The translations under genes and the position numbers were made by a program. From Laetmonice hystrix (lineage: Eukaryota), in the NCBI GenBank assembly GCA_965235115.1, contig OZ249436.1, forward strand, positions 38,752,001 through 38,816,000: 64,000 nucleotides of DNA, read 5' to 3'. Below, piece by piece: positions 1 to 10,899 of this stretch; within the stretch, counting starts at the first letter, position 1; each line of letters opens with the position of its first letter. The notes under the pieces are model-generated. The model was not told where the DNA came from. It saw only the letters and a program-made list of their open reading frames with translations, and ran no database searches.

Positions 1-324
1 TAGCCGAGCCGTAGTGCACTTCTCGGCCACCGTACTACAACCCCCAATCTCATATCGAGATGGAGTCGGGTTGACCGCGGTGGTATGGTTTCCAGACATC
101 AACGGTTATTATCATGTCGGCCTCCAGGTGAAGATCTAGGGTACCTACCTGCCCTCACCAGCAACTTGTTTGTCATCGCACTACAATGGCGTCAGGTTCC
201 GGGGCGGCTGCTACCATACCGTACTGAGCACCTTCTGCCGTTAGCTAACTGGGACTCCTGCAACTGGAGTCCTTATGTCTTCTTATTTGACTTGAATTCA
301 TGTCCAACACTTTCGCATTCACAG

Positions 325-558
325 GGTGGCAAATACTACTTCTTGGAGCACGTGGCCGCGGATGGAGACCGGTGGCTCTACCTGGTACAACGCTGGGTGA
401 ACGGCATCTGGAAATGGACGTTCCATGGGTGCAATCTCACCAGACTGACATGGGAATCTATCCAGGACGCCGGTTTCACTGATGTAAACTTCCAATTTAT
501 AGAAGCCCCAGTAGCCGCCCTCGTGCGTCCCCATATTGTTGGCACTGCAACCAAATAA
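325..558 (+). CDS. METTL7: METTL7/TMT1-like methyltransferase copy 1, final coding exon only (exon 1 lies upstream of the window)
   Basis: Acceptor ttcacag at 318-324, then GGKYYFLEHVAA...FHGCNLTRLTWESIQDAGF...RPHIVGTATK* (TAA 556-558). Matches the recalled METTL7A C-terminus pattern GGxFYFxEHV...FDGCNLTR...RPHIxG and is near-identical to 10331-10564 and 17125-17358. Confidence 0.88.
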   Translation, partial: GGKYYFLEHVAADGDRWLYLVQRWVNGIWKWTFHGCNLTRLTWESIQDAGFTDVNFQFIEAPVAALVRPHIVGTATK

Positions 559-667
559 GACCTGACTGTAAATGATATCTTCTCGTCCGTTTTGCCACGC
601 TCTTTTAAAAACCAAAATTGTTGTCAAAGCTTATGAGATCTCCGGCAAGGTAATTATGCTCTGTTTA

Positions 668-1053
668 GGCCAAAAAAAAAATAGATTCGTTTCTTGTCCC
701 CGCGCGCGTCACCTAAAAACCCCCGCGTCATGTCTTTTTTTTCAAATCCGACTGCTTCATATGGTGGGCAGTGTAGCGCTGAGACAGAACGTTGCAACGG
801 TTCTTTGGCGTTGGCGCCTTTCTGTTAGTCTTATTGCTTTTTATGCGAGTTTTACACATTCTAAAACATTGAACATCATTGCATTAGTCTTTTCTTCAAG
901 ATTTATGTACCCAACAGCAATTGCATTCGAAGAATCGGCCGTTGTCTAGTTGAATCCAAAAAAAAAAGAAAGATGAAAAAAAAAGCCGCGTCACCGCACC
1001 TTTTTTTTTATATGAAAGGACAAGAAACGAAACTTTTTTTTGGGGGGGGGGCC
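668..1053. mobile_element. PIF/Harbinger-like MITE in the 3' flank of copy 1
   Basis: Imperfect TIRs GGCCAAAA..TTCGTTTCTTGTCC / GGACAAGAAACGAA..GGCC, TTA TSD at 665-667 and 1054-1056. The paralogous empty site ctgtttaagcacg is present at about 10666-10678. Confidence 0.8.
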
Positions 1054-1663
1054 TTAAGGACGTTGATTATAACGTATGGTCTCTTAATTGTTCTTACTGG
1101 TCAAAGCAGGGTTCACTTGCTTCCCAGTTATTGATGAATTAGGATTATGCTTTTAACAAATCAGTTTGGGATGTAGCGAGTCACAACCTTTAGCAAATGC
1201 GGAAGGTCACCACCTCGGTGCACCTTGCCCAACCTCGGCGCCATGAAGTAAAGCATATAGGGTATTTGAAAATAAAGAAAGCATGTCATGACATGGATGT
1301 ACACCAGTGGTCATACAGTCTATGCGTAAGACGTTGTGATAATCTGACTTTATTGTCCGTTATGTAATTGTGCATGGCGTAACGTTCGATGGTAAACCAT
1401 ACTCAAGCTTTATCTTTTTATCGCATTCCTTGGGAAAATTTCATTGAATATTTCCTCTGTTCTAATAAGGAGTGTTAAGGAGAACATAAATTGGAATGAT
1501 ATTCTCTGTAAAAAAACACTACGTTTTCTAGCGCAAGGAAATGTCTAATAAATGATATAATTAACAAACATTTATAAAGTTATCTATGTTTCTCTGTCTC
1601 TCTGTGTCTCTTTATCTGTCTGTCTCTGTCTCTCTGTATTGTTGAATGAGGTCTATGCTGTTA

Positions 1664-2640
1664 GGCTCAGTCCCACTGGGCATTTTTGACCTCGGGGATG
1701 TTCTCCCGATCTAAATTGAAGAGCCTCGGGAGGCATCGGGAACAGGTTCCCCGGTGTTTCGAGGAAGCCTCGGGAGCGTCGGGAGCCATGTGGAACCATC
1801 GGGAGGCATCGAAAGAACTGCGAAAAATTTCAATGCCTGCATTGAAATTTTTCCTGATGTGTTCCCGACGTTTTGTCGGTAAAACAGGCCGGGGAGGCAA
1901 CCCCGTAGCTTTCCCGAGCCCCGGGGAAGCCCCGGGGATGCTTCCCCTGAGCTTCCGCGAAACCTTCGTCCCCCCCGAACCGCGTGTGTTGTTTCGGCGA
2001 AGGATCAGGGAACCTCCGGGGATATTTTGATCTCCGCCGCATGTCCGGCGACCTCTCAGCGACCTGTCGGTGATACATTCCCGATGTGGGGTTGTATTTC
2101 TGAAAATTCGCCGAAATGTCGGTGATGATTAAAAGTGCATTCTTCCCATACCTCCTCAATGCTTCCCCGAGGCACCGGGGAAGCATCGGTGAATACTTGC
2201 GAACCATCCCCGGTGCCTCGGGGAAGGGTTATTGGGGAGGCACCGGGGATGGTTCGCAAGTACTCACCGATGCTTCCCCTAATCTACGGGGATATTTCTC
2301 CGATGGTGTTTCAAATTCGGGGTAGCTCCGGGGCACCTTCGCCGATTATCGCCGAAGGTACCCAGGGGCTTTCCCGGCCATCGGGAGCCATCCCAGATGA
2401 TTCATGGCCATTGTTCGGGGGACATTCTGTGGACCATCCCCGATGCCTAATGCGTGCCATCTGTAATGGGACTGCTCCGTTGTTTGGGCCAGAAACTTCG
2501 GGAACATCGGGAGCCAATTTGTGTATTTCTACATCGCCGATGATTTTTCCCCAGCGGGACCTAAGCATAACAAATCAGTTTTGGATGCACCGCTTTTCAA
2601 TGGTTGCGATCTGACCAGACGGACGTGGTAATCCTTCGGG
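1664..2640. mobile_element. Non-autonomous Harbinger-like DNA element, GC-rich with recurrent CCCCGG/CGGGG motifs
   Basis: Begins tta|GGCTCAGTCCCACTGG. Internal palindrome aaaatttcaatgc..gcattgaaatttt at about 1823-1852. A possible right TIR (TGGGACTGGC) lies at about 3794-3803, beyond nested insertions. Overlapping ORFs are uninformative. Confidence 0.5.
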
Positions 2641-2674
2641 AATGCTGGCTGCACTGATGTTACCGGTTTATTAG

Positions 2675-3017
2675 GGGGGACCGGGGTGGCGCAGTGGTTA
2701 GAGCACGGGACCTTTGATCCAAGGGTTCTGGGTTCGATCCGCGGCCGCGCCGGACTTTCCTGCATAAGCAGTGCTGCCGACTGCTTTATCAAAGGCCGGC
2801 CGTGTCACGATACGTCTATGTGGAGGGGCACGTTAAAGATCCCTTGGCACCTATCGATAAGAGTAGGGGTTCGCCCCGATGCCAGGTTTCCTCCTATCAT
2901 CTCATTATCACCCAATGGATTTCACCGACTGAGTTAGTTACCTTGTTCTCGCCCTGAAATAGCTGAAATACTGCTGACTGGGCGTTAAACACCTACTACT
3001 CACTCACTCACTCACTC
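2675..3017 (+). mobile_element. tRNA-derived SINE with Deu/Nin-like central domain and (CTCA)n tail
   Basis: A-box TGGCGCAGTGG (2686-2696), B-box GGTTCGATCC (2731-2740), core TAAAGATCCCTTGGCACCTATCGATAAGAGTAGGGG, tail ctactact(cact)n, perfect TSD ACCGGTTTATTAG at 2662-2674 and 3018-3030. Confidence 0.88.
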
Positions 3018-3030
3018 ACCGGTTTATTAG

Positions 3031-3782
3031 GACCCCAGTCACACACGACCTATTGCCGACTTCTGACAACCACTGGTCGGTAGTTGGTTGTGAGAGGTTG
3101 TATACAGGTTTCTGGCAGTCTGTAAAAGGTTACTAGTGTTCGGTAAGTGGTTGTTGGAGCATTTTGGTCGGCTGGAGGTTTATGATGCTGCATCGAAAAC
3201 CTTCTGCCGACCAAACTGGTCAGGAAAAGGTTTTTCTTGTCTTTAATCGTTTGTCCGAGGCTGGGCGACATTTCTCCAACTGGTCTCAGACTGTCTGCCG
3301 GCTCTTGCCGAGCAGTTTTTGGTCGGCAAACTCCAGCAACTGATCGGCAACCAATTGGAGAAAAATACACGATCGCCGATCATTCGCCAAAGGTTCGCCA
3401 AACATCGACAACAAACAACCTCCAGGCAGCCCCATATTTATACCCCCTATAGTAATCTTTAAACAAATTGCCAAGCGCCGTACGAACATCGGCCACTAAT
3501 TTGCAACTAGTTGTTAATTATCACCCTTAATTCGCCGAGCAGTTGCGGACCATTTGCCAATATTCCCACGAACGGCCTCTTATCAGTCTTCAAAAATCTT
3601 TGATGATCGGACAATTTTCGTATGACACTCGGCAACCTGTCGTACAACCTATCGGTAACTAATTGCCCAATGAAATTTCTTGCAGATTTCGGGGTTTTGG
3701 TCGTCAGTGGTTGTCGTTGGTCGCAGGGTTTTTTGGTTGTCCGAAGTCGGCGGTTGGTCGTAGCTCTTGTGTGACTGGGGCT
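3031..3782. mobile_element. Harbinger-like MITE (CCCCAGTCACACA TIR family)
   Basis: TIRs CCCCAGTCACACA (3033-3045) and TGTGTGACTGGGG (3768-3780), with TTA close to both ends. Same TIR family as 14978-16497. Confidence 0.75.
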
Positions 3783-4914
3783 TTAGGCCCCTTTGGGACT
3801 GGCAATGGCACAGGTTATTCATCACCATATTACTGGCTGTGCCACTAAATGAGACAGAGCCTTCGACTTAAGCCGGACAGTCACAGAATAATTAAATATT
3901 TTCCCTAACTTTGACTTATAGTGTTTCATAACATTCACGGTTGTTCCAGAACCATTTAGCGCAATTTTGAAATCCTTAGGAAGAATCACGCTTTGGCTAT
4001 CACTATCTCTGGTTTGTCGTCATGATAAAGATATGTACATATCTAAGCTACCGTCTGTTTTCCCCGTAGTAGGCTTATAGCTAAAAATAATAAAGTGGTA
4101 GATATAATCAGTTATGTAGGCCTATATGAATATTGATGACGGCAGCCTGCCTGCCAGTGACCCCCCCATCCTGTTCACTGTTAACATACACAGCCCTTAG
4201 TCTCTTTTTGAATATTCCGGCTGAGTTCCTGACTTCTTTTAGAGTAATTCCCTCCTACCTTTCCGGATTTTCTCCTTCGGTTTTTGTTTGCGACCTTTAT
4301 ACACCTTTTCAGACAGGGAATCCCAAACGGTGTAATCAATGGGGTTATAGATTATAGAAGAAGGGATGTTATCCCTTGAAACTACGTAAGTTGACTACGA
4401 CGATGATGCAGTATGAATGTTATGAGTTGGTTAAAAGGATGATACGTCATATCTGTTAGTAAAGATACAGCACAGTATATTGGTTATACAATATTAAATG
4501 ATTCATCACATAGAACATGTCCAGACCTCTTGTACACCGCGATTTTCGGGCAATGGGGTCGTGGCGCGCAGAATCGTATCGTTCTGAACATGTTTCAAAT
4601 TGTTTGCACGACATCGTATCGTAAAGTATTGTGGACAGTCGCACCGTGTGAGGCCAATCGCAGGACAATCAGAATGGCGGTGCTGACAGCAGTCTAACAT
4701 CGCAAATGGTGAGGATATCTCTTCTTGTGTAATGATTTGGGTATTTTCATAAAGAATTGGATGTTTTCCTTGTTCACGGCGTTCACGACTAGTTAAGATA
4801 TTATGGCCACTAATTCGGAAGGGATCCGCTTCGCTTCAATCTTGACCTCAACTTTGCACTGTTCTTGTTATCATATGAAGAGAAGTTTTCAAAATATGAT
4901 AACAGTTTTTGTTA

Positions 4915-5190
4915 TCATAATAGGGTGTGCAAGTGGGTCAAGAGAAAACGAGTCCGAGTTTGGTCCTAACGTGCTCGCAGTAATCTCTTCACTTTAGCAT
5001 TGCGAATCACGTAGGAGCCGTCAACGTCTAAATATTATTATTTCATGGTTATGGCGCTTTCAGTAGGCCTACCTTACGAAACAAGAGCACCAACCTGCTT
5101 TACGTGTTAAAGAATACTTTTCAGTTTATTAGATGTCAAAATTGACAAATCTGGTCGATTTTTGAAAGTGTGTTTTCTCATCCTATGTTA
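4915..5190. repeat. DNA-transposon-like repeat, inverted copy of about 7660-7932
   Basis: For example ctaaatattattatttcat and acaagagcaccaacctg...aaatctggtcgat...gtgttttctcatcctat match the reverse complement of the 7660-7932 segment. Confidence 0.65.
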
Positions 5191-5334
5191 AACCAATAGA
5201 GAATTTGTGATGCAATAATCGTTTAGGTACCAAAGTGACGCGTTTCGAGGCTATTTCTGCTCAGACACGAGACTTGCACGCCTATAGGAAGGGTACGTAT
5301 GTCACGTTATAATGCGGTTCGATGAGATATATGC

Positions 5335-6314
5335 CAATAAGTTATCTTTAAACATAAAAGAGACTAAATATATGATTTTCTCCAAGAGGTTGAAACACCA
5401 AGATCCTTCTTGTCAACTTGTGATCAGCAACTTACCAATCGAACGTGTTACTGAATTCAAATTCTTAGGTTACATGATTCATGAGCATCTGACCTTGAAA
5501 TCCCATATAACCTACATATCAAACAAAATATCAAAGATGCTAGGAATCTTCATTAAACTTAGAAAAGTTCTTAACGTAGCTACTCTTAGGAATTTATACT
5601 TTTCTTTCATATATTCATACTTCAAAAATGGTATAGTGGTATGGGGCTCGACGGCCGAAACCCATCTGTACATCCTCAAAAAGTGCCAAAAACGTGCCAT
5701 TAGAGTTATCACATCATCGCATAAATGTGCACATACTGAACTTCTTTTTAAAGAGTTAAACATACAAACTCTAAGTGTTATGTACAAGTACCGAGTTGCC
5801 ATTTCCATGTACAAAGTTCACCAGTCCTTACTCCCCCAGGTTATATTAAATCTTTTTGAAAGGGTAGAATATGATAGAACTAGGCAAAAACATCATTTCA
5901 AATGTCCGAATACTAATACTTTATCCTTAGAGAGATCCATTATAATTCAGGGACCAAAACTTAATAATTCATTGTTACATGTAATAGATTTTGACGCATC
6001 TTTATCCTCTTTCAAGAAGCTTACCTCTAATTTTCTAGAATTATAACATTTATGTTGTCACTTCAATTGTTGGCAAATGTGAGATCTCTGAGTATGAAAA
6101 GCTCTGCTAGTTTACACTCAGCTTCTGTTTTTCTGTAATAGTTTATGTCCCTTATTTTTAAGGTGTGTATCATTTGGCCAGCCACATATTTTTCGAGACC
6201 CGATAGTTCTTTACTCAGACGTATAAGTCATTTTCTGACTTCGTTCTGTTCTGCGGATCTGTTCCTGTATTTCTGTGTTTCTGTGGAAATAAACAAACAA
6301 ACAAACAAACAAAC
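5335..6314 (+). mobile_element. 5'-truncated CR1/L2-group LINE (3' end of ORF2 plus 3' UTR)
   Basis: ORF to 6046 reads NKLSLN..KTKYMIF...FKFLG...HI..ISNKISK..GI...LYFSFIYSY..NGIVVWG...QKRAIRVI...HTELLFKELNI, the typical post-RT region of CR1-group elements. (AAAC)n tail at about 6290-6314, TSD ATATGC at 5329-5334 and 6315-6320. Confidence 0.88.
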
Positions 6315-6660
6315 ATATGCGGGCTGGAGCGCCAAACTGGCCAATCATTTAGCATTGGTAGGCCCAGTGAAAAAACGTTGTCTGAACTTCAATCCATGAT
6401 AACTCCACAATTATTGTTCTCTTTGTAATCAAACTTACTATGCAGCAGAACCAACATCTCTTATGTTAGAACAAATAAATTTATACTTGAAGAAATATTT
6501 AATTGTCAAAAGAAAGGCCAATATTTGGAGAGGATCGGTTTCTAAGCTTTTTACACAGAGCGTTTTAGTGCGGCATAGCTTGCAAAGTTTCTAGTGATGG
6601 TTGTTTGGACATTAGGTTACCAAAAAACAGGTGTATTCATTTGAAAGTGTCGGAAGTGAT

Positions 6661-7215
6661 ATGCCAAGGTTGCCAGAAAATGATTGGTATAGTTCAGGCT
6701 GGTGTGGCCTGAATGTTATTGCTAGGCGTGTTGGTGTCCATAGAAACACTATTCACGCCTTGTGGAGACGTTTTAAACGGTCTGGAATTGGTAGGGACCG
6801 TCCTCGCTCTCAGGACGTCCATGTGTCACGTCACGTCAAAAGGGCAATCACATTGATCAGGCTTGTGTATCTCAGGAACCGATTCCAAACAGCCAGTCTG
6901 ACTGCCCGGATCATCCTTGGATTGAGTTCGATCTCTGACTGCCCGGATCATCCCGGGATTGAAGTCGATCTCTGACTGCCCGGATCATCCTGGGATTGAG
7001 GTCGATCTCTGAATGCCCGGATCATCCCTGGCTTGAGGTCGATCTCTGACTGCCCGGATCATCCCGGGATTGAAGTCGATCTCTGACTGCCCGGATCATC
7101 CCTGGCTTGAGGTCGATCTCTGACTGCCCGGATCATCCCTGGATTGAGGCTGATCAGCCCAAGAACTGTATGTAATCGTTTGTCTGTACTCAACATTCGC
7201 CCGCGACGCCCGGGC
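6661..7215 (+). pseudogene. Degenerate Tc1-family transposase, N-terminal HTH region
   Basis: Frameshifted reading MPRL...IARRVGVHRNTIHALWRRF...DRPRS(GRP)...LRNRFQTA..TAR...ISPRTVCNRL...IRPRRP matches the Tc1 paired-like DNA-binding domain. No DDE domain follows. Confidence 0.8.
6898..7150 (+). repeat. 37-bp tandem repeat, about 7 copies, inside the Tc1 relic
   Basis: Unit CTGACTGCCCGGATCATCCCTGGATTGAGGTCGATCT starting at 6898, 6935, 6972, 7009, 7046, 7083 and 7120. Confidence 0.92.
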
Positions 7216-7301
7216 CAGCCATACAACCAGTCCTTCTACGACCTCATCGTGTAGCTGAGACCTAATAGCCATGCATAGTTACTTTTTTCCCGTTAGTATT
7301 A

Positions 7302-7528
7302 CAGAATGTCCCCCCAAAAATGATAGTCTAACTTTAGGTTTGCAATACACTTAGATATTTTATAGGATTGTCGAATTTTGAATTTTGAAGTTGAAGTTGA
7401 ACATAAAGTGTGATCCCCCTAGATAACTCTCAGCAAGTTTGGTGTTGACAGGGTCACGCATTACTGATCACAACCAGTATCTCTTTTTGACAATGGAACA
7501 CAGACTATCATTTTTTTGGGACATACTG
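7302..7528. mobile_element. Tc1/mariner-type MITE
   Basis: TIRs CAGAATGTCCC..AAAAATGATAGTCT / AGACTATCATTTTT..GGGACATACTG, flanked by TA on both sides. Confidence 0.78.
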
Positions 7529-8095
7529 TATATCGGGTGGGCCCCAAAAAAGGAACTTCTTCTCTTGACTGTTACTTCTATAATTTTTATCCCAATATCA
7601 TAATATTTGGCGAATGATATCATTTGGTTAATAGGGCGCGCAAGTCTCGATAGTCTTTAAGATAGGATGAGAAAACACGCTTTTAAACATCGACCAGATT
7701 TTTGTTAATTTTGATATCTAAACCATGAAACGTATTTTTTCATACGTAAAACAGGTTGGTGCTCTTGTTTTGGTACAACAATGAAAGCACCCTAACAATG
7801 AAATAATAATATTTAGAAGTTGACAGCTGCCGGCTCCTATGGCAGACGCAATGCTAAAGTGACGAGGCTACGATCGCGTGGGTGCCAAACGTCACAGTTG
7901 TGCTTTATCGTGACCTACTTGGGCCCCCTATTGGGGCATGTAATACAACTTTCAGATAAATAGGTCAAAACGTCTTAAAAAATAGTGCCATTTTAATAGT
8001 TGCACGTCAAAAATTGCAATGCCAGACCTGCAGTAGCTAATGTTGTGCCTTACGTCTTAGGCAGGGGTGGTGTTACTGTGTCTAAATGACGTTGT

Positions 8096-8368
8096 CAATC
8101 AAATGCCACCTGCCCAAAACAGGTAGTCGGTCAGACAGAAATCAGAAATTTTCTGCATGGTGTTCAGTACCTGATGATTACATCTGAGCTTGTTATCTGG
8201 GTCTCGGCAGCCTGCGTAACTGCTAAAATGCTAGGTGTGATGTTGACGGAGCTCAGCCCACTTAATGCCCCCACCCTGATAGTTTCATCACAACTAGTTT
8301 AATTCTGATGAAATGTGTCAAAACAGAGTCTGACAGGCCACCTTGTTTTGTCAGGTGGCATTTGATTG
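8096..8368. mobile_element. MITE-like inverted-repeat element
   Basis: CAATCAAATGCCACCTG.CAAAACA at the left end and TGTTTTGTCAGGTGGCATTTGATTG at the right end. Confidence 0.6.
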
Positions 8369-8566
8369 GTGGTAATTGACCAAATGATATCATGTACCAA
8401 ATATTATGACATTGGGATAAAAATTACAGAAGTTACAGTCAAGAAAAGTGTGTTCCAGTTTTAGGGGGGGGGGGTGCCCACCCGATATCACTATGAGATA
8501 ACCAGACAGAAAAACTACTGGCTGATAGATCGACGTTATCTACACGTTTACCACAGGACAGACAAC

Positions 8567-10564
8567 ATGTTTGATGAAGCACTCTCCACACTCGCGGTAG
8601 GCTTGCTAATTATTTTGATCCTATGGACTGCGACACGCAGCTTTCGAAGTAATCTTTACAAGGCATGGTATGCTAAATTTTTGAACGTATCCGCTGACTG
8701 GTGGTACAACCCAGCAATGGATTCAGTGAAAACGGTTCTATTCACTGATCTCTGCACAGCTGCCACAACAGCTGCACAGCCATTGAAGGTGATCGAAGTC
8801 GGTACAGGAAATGGTGCAAACTTCAAATACCTTCCCACAAATTTAGATTTGATTTGTTATGAGCCAATCCCTCATTTCCGCCCTTACATACTTAATAACG
8901 CCAAGCGCCATCTACCTGGAGTGACGGTGCGCATCGTCGAGGATGTGATCGGGGATCTGCCCCAGTTTTCTGACAACAGCGTAGATGCTGTCATCTGTAC
9001 CCTCGTGTTGTGCTCTGTGGAGGACCAGGCGCATGTGATCGCCGCCATCAAACGGGTTCTTAAACCGGTGAGTGTTCTGTTCCAGAATCAGTTATTGACA
9101 TGTAGGCCTAAATTAGTACCCAAAAGGAACACTAACCTAAAATTGCTCAGTTGAGCAGAAGGTATCCCATTTTTGGGGGTTGTATGGACAGCAAATGATG
9201 ATTTAAATGTATCCAAATGTACTGTACTTAAAGGTAGATGTGCGTGATACTGTAGAACTACTGATACTGATACTACTACGATTTTCGCAATGACGCAAAA
9301 AAATCGCATTAAGGCCCAATCACACTAAAAGCCTAGGTCCCACTAGGAAATACGACAACTTACGACCAGGCTGCGACTAAAATCCCAGGCAAGTCCTGCC
9401 ACAAGTCCTGAGCGATCGTGGGTAGTCCTTCATAATCGCATGATCAAAATCCTCTCGCATCCTCTCGTATCCTAGTCGTCAATCTCTGGCGGTCCTTCAT
9501 TGTCGTGGGTGATAGTAGGAAACTGTTGTCGTAGGACAATCGTACGACTGTCCCTGACCACTGGTACGACCTGTCGTGTGGCCAGACCTGATTGGACGAC
9601 GAGCAGTCACAGGAGGTCGGCACATGTCTCACAATTGGTCGTGGCGAGTTGTGCGACAGGGCCTTATCACTCTTACGTGGTCCTGGGTAATCGTGTCAGA
9701 GTCGGGCGATTAGTGGTGCTATCAGTCGGTAACAGGTCTCACGACTGGTCTTACAATGTGACCGGTACATTCAAATCGCAATAAATATGGACGACTACCC
9801 ACGACTAGCCCTTGTCGCACGATTGAACTGATCGCAGGGAATCGCAGGTCCTAGTGGGACCTAGGCTTTTAGGGATACGAGGGGTTATGACGGGTTCATG
9901 AGTACCCACGATGAGCAAACGCAATAAATCTTAAAACATTTGTGCGACAGGTCATGAGTGATCGTGGGAGATTGGGAAGTGTAATTCTGCGGGGATTCAC
10001 CTCCGCAAGCATCTTGAGCGGTCCTACGAACTCGCGTAGTGCGTGATGAAAAATCAAACACGTTTGTTTTCTGTCACGATCGCTTATGACGTCTTGCGTC
10101 CACAACGATACGCGCAGCTTGTCTTGGTCTATCGTAAGGTGGTCGTGGCAGCGTGATCCACTGCCACGATTGATGGCGACGTTTTTTGACCGAAAACGAT
10201 CGTGGTTCATCGTAGCACCATCGTAGCCCTGTCGGAAGGCGTGAATCGTGGTAGTGGATCACCCCCCAGTGTGTACCAGGCATATGTCTTCTTATGTGAC
10301 TTGAATTCATGTTCAATACTCTATTCACAGGGTGGCAAGTTCTACTTCTTGGAACATGTGGCCGCGGATAGGGACCGGTGGCTCCACCTGGTGCAACGCT
10401 TGCTGAACGGCATGTGGAGACAGATGTTCGATGATTGCAATCTCACCAGCCTGACATGGGAATCTATCCAGGACGCCGGTTTCACTGATGTAAACTTCCA
10501 ATTTATAGAAGCTCCATTAGCCGCCCCCATGCGTCCCCATATTGTTGGCACTGCAACTAAATAA
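8567..10564 (+). CDS. METTL7: METTL7/TMT1-like thiol methyltransferase copy 2; exons 8567-9067 and 10331-10564; 244 aa
   Basis: ATG at 8567, hydrophobic N-terminal anchor, SAM motif I IEVGTGNGANF, DNSVDAVICTLVLCSV, RVLKP then donor gtgagt at 9068; acceptor cacag then GGKFYFLEHV. The phase-0 join gives 167+77 codons. Confidence 0.92.
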
Positions 10565-10899
10565 GACCTGGCTGTAAATGATATCTCTCTTCCGTTTTAC
10601 CACTCTCTTTTAAAACCCAAAATTGTTGTCAAAGCTTATGAGATCTCCGGCAAGGTAATTATGCTCTGTTTAAGCACGTTGATTGTAACGTATGGTCTCT
10701 TAATTGTTCTTACTGGTCAAAGCAGGGTTCACTTGCTTCCCAGTTATTGATGAATTAGGATTATCAGTTTGGGATGTAGCGAGTCCCAACCTTTAGCAAA
10801 TGCGGAAGGTCACCACCTTGGTACACCTTGCCCAACCTCGGCGCCATGAAGTAAAGCCATGAAGGAGCTGGCAACTGTCAGCTTCTAAATAAGCTAAAA

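Noticed and set aside
1667..2614. Cluster of overlapping ORFs on both strands
   Set aside because: By-product of a GC-rich non-autonomous element; no recognisable protein.
2675..2755. Functional tRNA gene (TTG loop)
   Set aside because: Stems pair poorly, and the sequence continues into a SINE body with a tail and TSD.
8300..8330. Hammerhead ribozyme core (CTGATGA)
   Set aside because: No stem II or GAAA in the required arrangement.
8474..9154. ORF-track boundaries for the methyltransferase exons (also 85-558, 10202-10564, 14253-14957, 16939-17358)
   Set aside because: They run into intron or upstream sequence. Splice sites and paralog comparison define the shorter exons reported above.
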